From IMG/VR virus record IMGVR_UViG_3300032167_000006: 64,000 bases of DNA, one strand, 5' to 3'. The notes below the pieces were generated by a model, which was not told the origin of the DNA, made no database searches, and saw only the letters and a program-made list of their open reading frames with translations. Source of the stretch: a virus. Taxonomy: Duplodnaviria; Caudoviricetes. A program made the translations under genes and the position numbers. Shown piece by piece: positions 61,100 through 64,000 of this stretch; position 1 is the first letter of the stretch; each line of letters starts with the position of its first letter.

Positions 61100-61135
61100 T
61101 TACACCTTTGACATTCTATTAATTATAGTACGGAG

Positions 61136-61858
61136 GTGTTAATTATGCTTACTCAAGCTAATATTGATGCTTTAATGAAAGAAATTCAAACTAATGGATA
61201 TGCAGAAATATATTATGTAGCTCATATGATTGAAGGTCGTGAGACTAATACTTTGGATGAGCATACATATAAAAGTGTATCTGATTTTAAAGTAGTTAAA
61301 GTTAAAGTAGATAATATTAAAAATGCTTATATTGAATATTATAATTATAAGAAAAATCCTGATAATTATCATGAAGAATCTGAAGAATGCTATTATGATA
61401 AAAATACTAAATATATTCACTATTTTACAGTACCTAACGGCGAAACATCATATACTAAAGATTTTAATGCAAGAATACCTGCTATAATTTATGGTTATAG
61501 AAGAAAAATAGGAGACAGCGATGAAGCTATTATAGATCCTTCACCTGTAAAAGAAGTATACGTTAAAAAACCAGTATATGGTAATACGGTATATGATGAA
61601 AATGTAGATTTAATCAAAAATAATCTTGACTGGAAATATATTGATCTCGAAGGAACAGCAACTATAGATGATGATGAATATGGATTTGTGACATCTGATT
61701 GGTATATATTAAATCTGGTTAACTATCCTATGATTGAAAAACCATTAATTAATGTAAATCAATTTAGTTGTTATTTTATGTCAGAAAATGTGCCTAAAGG
61801 CCAGATAGATCCAGGTCTTATAAACGCATTTGATTATATTGAACAATTAAAAGCTTAA
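61136..61858 (+). CDS. Hypothetical protein (probably late)
   Basis: GACA-TTCTAT-TA at 61110-61121, GGAGG RBS. Confidence 0.75.
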   Translation: MLIMLTQANIDALMKEIQTNGYAEIYYVAHMIEGRETNTLDEHTYKSVSDFKVVKVKVDNIKNAYIEYYNYKKNPDNYHEESEECYYDKNTKYIHYFTVPNGETSYTKDFNARIPAIIYGYRRKIGDSDEAIIDPSPVKEVYVKKPVYGNTVYDENVDLIKNNLDWKYIDLEGTATIDDDEYGFVTSDWYILNLVNYPMIEKPLINVNQFSCYFMSENVPKGQIDPGLINAFDYIEQLKA

Positions 61859-61909
61859 TATTAATGGATAGGGTAAATCCCTATCCATTAAATTATCTAG
61901 AAAGGATGA

Positions 61910-62407
61910 TTGATTATGATAGCAATAGCAGCAGTTGATGCAAATTGGGGAATAGGAAAAAATAATAAACTTTTATTCCGTCTTAAAGAAGATATGGAAT
62001 TCTTTAAAAAAATGACAACTGGTAAAGTTGTTGTTATGGGTAGAAAAACATTTGAATCTCTGCCTAATGGTAAACCGCTTAAAAATAGATTAAATCTTGT
62101 CATTACATCTCAACCAAGAGAATCATATGATAACGTTATTTTCGGTACAATGGAAGAGATTCTTGAAGAGATTAAAAAACATCATACCAATGATGTATTT
62201 ATTATTGGTGGTGAGTCAATCTATAAACAATTTATAGGCTTATGCGATATGGCTTATATAACACATGTGAATAAAGTGTATGATGCAGATGCCCATATGC
62301 CAAGATTACTTAATGAAGGTTTTAAATTTCATGATGTTATAGAATCTCATGTAATAGAAGATGATATTTATTGGCATATAGATAAATGGATTAGATACCC
62401 TATTTAA
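61910..62407 (+). CDS. folA: Dihydrofolate reductase
   Basis: IAAV..GIG, D..FF..T.G..VMGRKTFESL, PL.NR.N, IIGG..IY. Confidence 0.96.
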   Translation: MIMIAIAAVDANWGIGKNNKLLFRLKEDMEFFKKMTTGKVVVMGRKTFESLPNGKPLKNRLNLVITSQPRESYDNVIFGTMEEILEEIKKHHTNDVFIIGGESIYKQFIGLCDMAYITHVNKVYDADAHMPRLLNEGFKFHDVIESHVIEDDIYWHIDKWIRYPI

Positions 62408-62425
62408 TATTAAGGAGAAATCAAC

Positions 62426-62695
62426 ATGCAAAAAACCAAGAAATCAGTTGAAGTTACTAGAAAAGATTTAGATGAAATTATTATTGCATTTAATGCAGCG
62501 CATTTATATATGAAAGAAGCTAGCAAAAAAACTAATATTGCTTCTTTAAAGAAGCATTATATTAATGCAGCTAGAAAATATGAAAGACGTATGAATAAAT
62601 GGATTATTAAACGCAATGATTTATTTGGAGGAATTTCGGCAAAAGAAATTATGGATAAATATTTGATAGTAAAATCTGAATTAACCAATAATTAA
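62426..62695 (+). CDS. Hypothetical basic protein
   Basis: 89-aa ORF with RBS. Confidence 0.7.
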   Translation: MQKTKKSVEVTRKDLDEIIIAFNAAHLYMKEASKKTNIASLKKHYINAARKYERRMNKWIIKRNDLFGGISAKEIMDKYLIVKSELTNN

Positions 62696-62729
62696 ACCAT
62701 AATTAATATTCTTAGGAGGTGAAGATATT

Positions 62730-63530
62730 ATGTTATGGGATAAAGTTAATTATACAGCAGATATATCATATTTAACTAATATCTTCATTACTGAGTATGA
62801 TATATCAAAATGCAACATAAATGTTTTATATACTAAAGGTATTATAGATAAATCTACTTATGATTATCTTTATAAAGCCGAACGTATGGTAAGACAGACA
62901 TTTGTTGGTAAATTACAGAAGGATAATCCTAAGATTGCTAGAGCATTAAAAGATGGTATTATCGAAGCCAAGAAAATATTATTTGAAGCAAATGGTATTG
63001 AAGATAGAGATGTATTAAGTATCAAAAATGATGCTGTATTTCTAATCAATAAGAAACCAAAAATAACTAAATTTGGTTTAATAGAGTTTTTACCTAAAGG
63101 ATTGTATACTTCATTCTTTAAATTTAGAGGTATTGAAGTATATTATTACTATAATAATGTGAATAAGATGGAATATATCGAAGTTAAAGGTATATCTGAA
63201 GAAAACCTAGCTAAGCATGAAGGATACTTTTTACAACTTCTTAAAGATGTATTTTATTCTATTCAAATTAATGGACCTGAAATATCACTTAGAATGATAA
63301 AAGATTTCTATATGGATTATATAACTAAAAAACTTCCTATAGAATATTATAGAAAGTTTGATACAGGTTCTAATTATCATTATATTTGTAATACAATGAT
63401 CAATACAGGTTTTGAAGCAGAGTATGTGTCAGAACAATATAAAGATGTGATTGATATATCTTATAATTTAGATATATTAACACAATTACAAAGATACGTA
63501 GTTTCTATGTACTTTAATAAAAACAGATAA
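62730..63530 (+). CDS. DNA polymerase B palm-like protein (small or split)
   Basis: ITEYDISKCN (motif A-like), LSIKNDAVF (motif C-like), EVKG. Confidence 0.55.
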   Translation: MLWDKVNYTADISYLTNIFITEYDISKCNINVLYTKGIIDKSTYDYLYKAERMVRQTFVGKLQKDNPKIARALKDGIIEAKKILFEANGIEDRDVLSIKNDAVFLINKKPKITKFGLIEFLPKGLYTSFFKFRGIEVYYYYNNVNKMEYIEVKGISEENLAKHEGYFLQLLKDVFYSIQINGPEISLRMIKDFYMDYITKKLPIEYYRKFDTGSNYHYICNTMINTGFEAEYVSEQYKDVIDISYNLDILTQLQRYVVSMYFNKNR

Positions 63531-63532
63531 TA

Positions 63533-63560
63533 TTACCGTAGGGATTACTCCCTACGGTAT
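63533..63560. terminator. Bidirectional terminator
   Basis: TACCGTAGGG-ATTACT-CCCTACGGTA between convergent genes. Confidence 0.8.
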
Positions 63561-63575
63561 ATTTAATCTTATATT

Positions 63576-63998
63576 TTATTTTTTATTTACTTTATGGTCA
63601 TTTTGTACATTAAACTGGATTACATATTCAAGTACTTTTGTGTAAATTTTTTCTCCAATAACTGCAGCTATTTGATTAGAATCATAAATAAGTGATAATT
63701 GTGAATACAATGTTGGTGATATTCTAGCTGGAACTAATTCACCTAAAGCAGTAGTAATTTCATTTTCTATTGTATTATTAATATAATATAATTGCTTTGG
63801 TGTAAGATTTATAGCAACATAATAATCAAGACATTCATCAATAATAAAATTAAGATGAGCTAATATATCCTGTTCTGAAAATTTAATCTTATACATTTCG
63901 ATATCTCTATGCATAAGGTTTCTACTATTTAATACGTTAGCAAATTTTTTAGATATTATATAAACTGTATATAATGCTATAATTGCTATAATAATCCA
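63576..63998 (-). CDS. Membrane-anchored hypothetical protein, probably 5' partial
   Basis: Frame stays open from 63914 to the window edge, adding WIIIAIIALYTVYII. Confidence 0.65.
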   Translation of the reverse strand, partial: WIIIAIIALYTVYIISKKFANVLNSRNLMHRDIEMYKIKFSEQDILAHLNFIIDECLDYYVAINLTPKQLYYINNTIENEITTALGELVPARISPTLYSQLSLIYDSNQIAAVIGEKIYTKVLEYVIQFNVQNDHKVNKK

Positions 63999-64000
63999 TA

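Noticed and set aside
2398-62103. Many short antisense or alternate-frame ORFs inside long genes
   Set aside because: Shadow ORFs typical of AT-rich DNA, without RBS
1-64000. Stop-codon reassignment
   Set aside because: Conserved genes are intact under code 11, TAA, TAG and TGA all end genes, and no suppressor tRNA is seen

Overview
Low-GC (visually about 25-30%), densely coding fragment of a jumbo bacteriophage of the phiKZ/AR9(PBS1)-like type. Strong GGAGG Shine-Dalgarno sites and a class III ribonucleotide reductase suggest an anaerobic Firmicute host (inference). It encodes five split multisubunit RNA polymerase pieces, including two distinct beta C-terminal pieces, so two enzymes (non-virion and virion). 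It also encodes NAD-dependent ligase, a RecA-like recombinase, DnaB, a Dda/RecD-like helicase, an SbcD-like nuclease, both type IIA topoisomerase subunits, RNase H, a PolB-palm-like protein, NrdD/NrdG, Tmk, DHFR, a tubulin/FtsZ-family GTPase, an atypical protein kinase and five tRNAs. Four signals are not explained by the gene list. (1) A short peptide motif, roughly [KEV]-x-M-[CVA]-x-[IVK]-V, sits at termini or in insertions of about 14 unrelated, mostly DNA/RNA-acting proteins, and may be a targeting or docking tag. (2) Three copies of a structured ncRNA with a conserved scaffold and variable core, plus other folded RNAs, lie within the tRNA cluster. (3) Two promoter classes recur: ACA-N6-TA (like the AR9 late promoter but relaxed at -11) and TATAWTAT. 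(4) Prion-like low-complexity proteins occur with a kinase and tubulin, with no recognisable chimallin in the window. All calls come from reading the sequence by eye; no database searches or folding programs were run.
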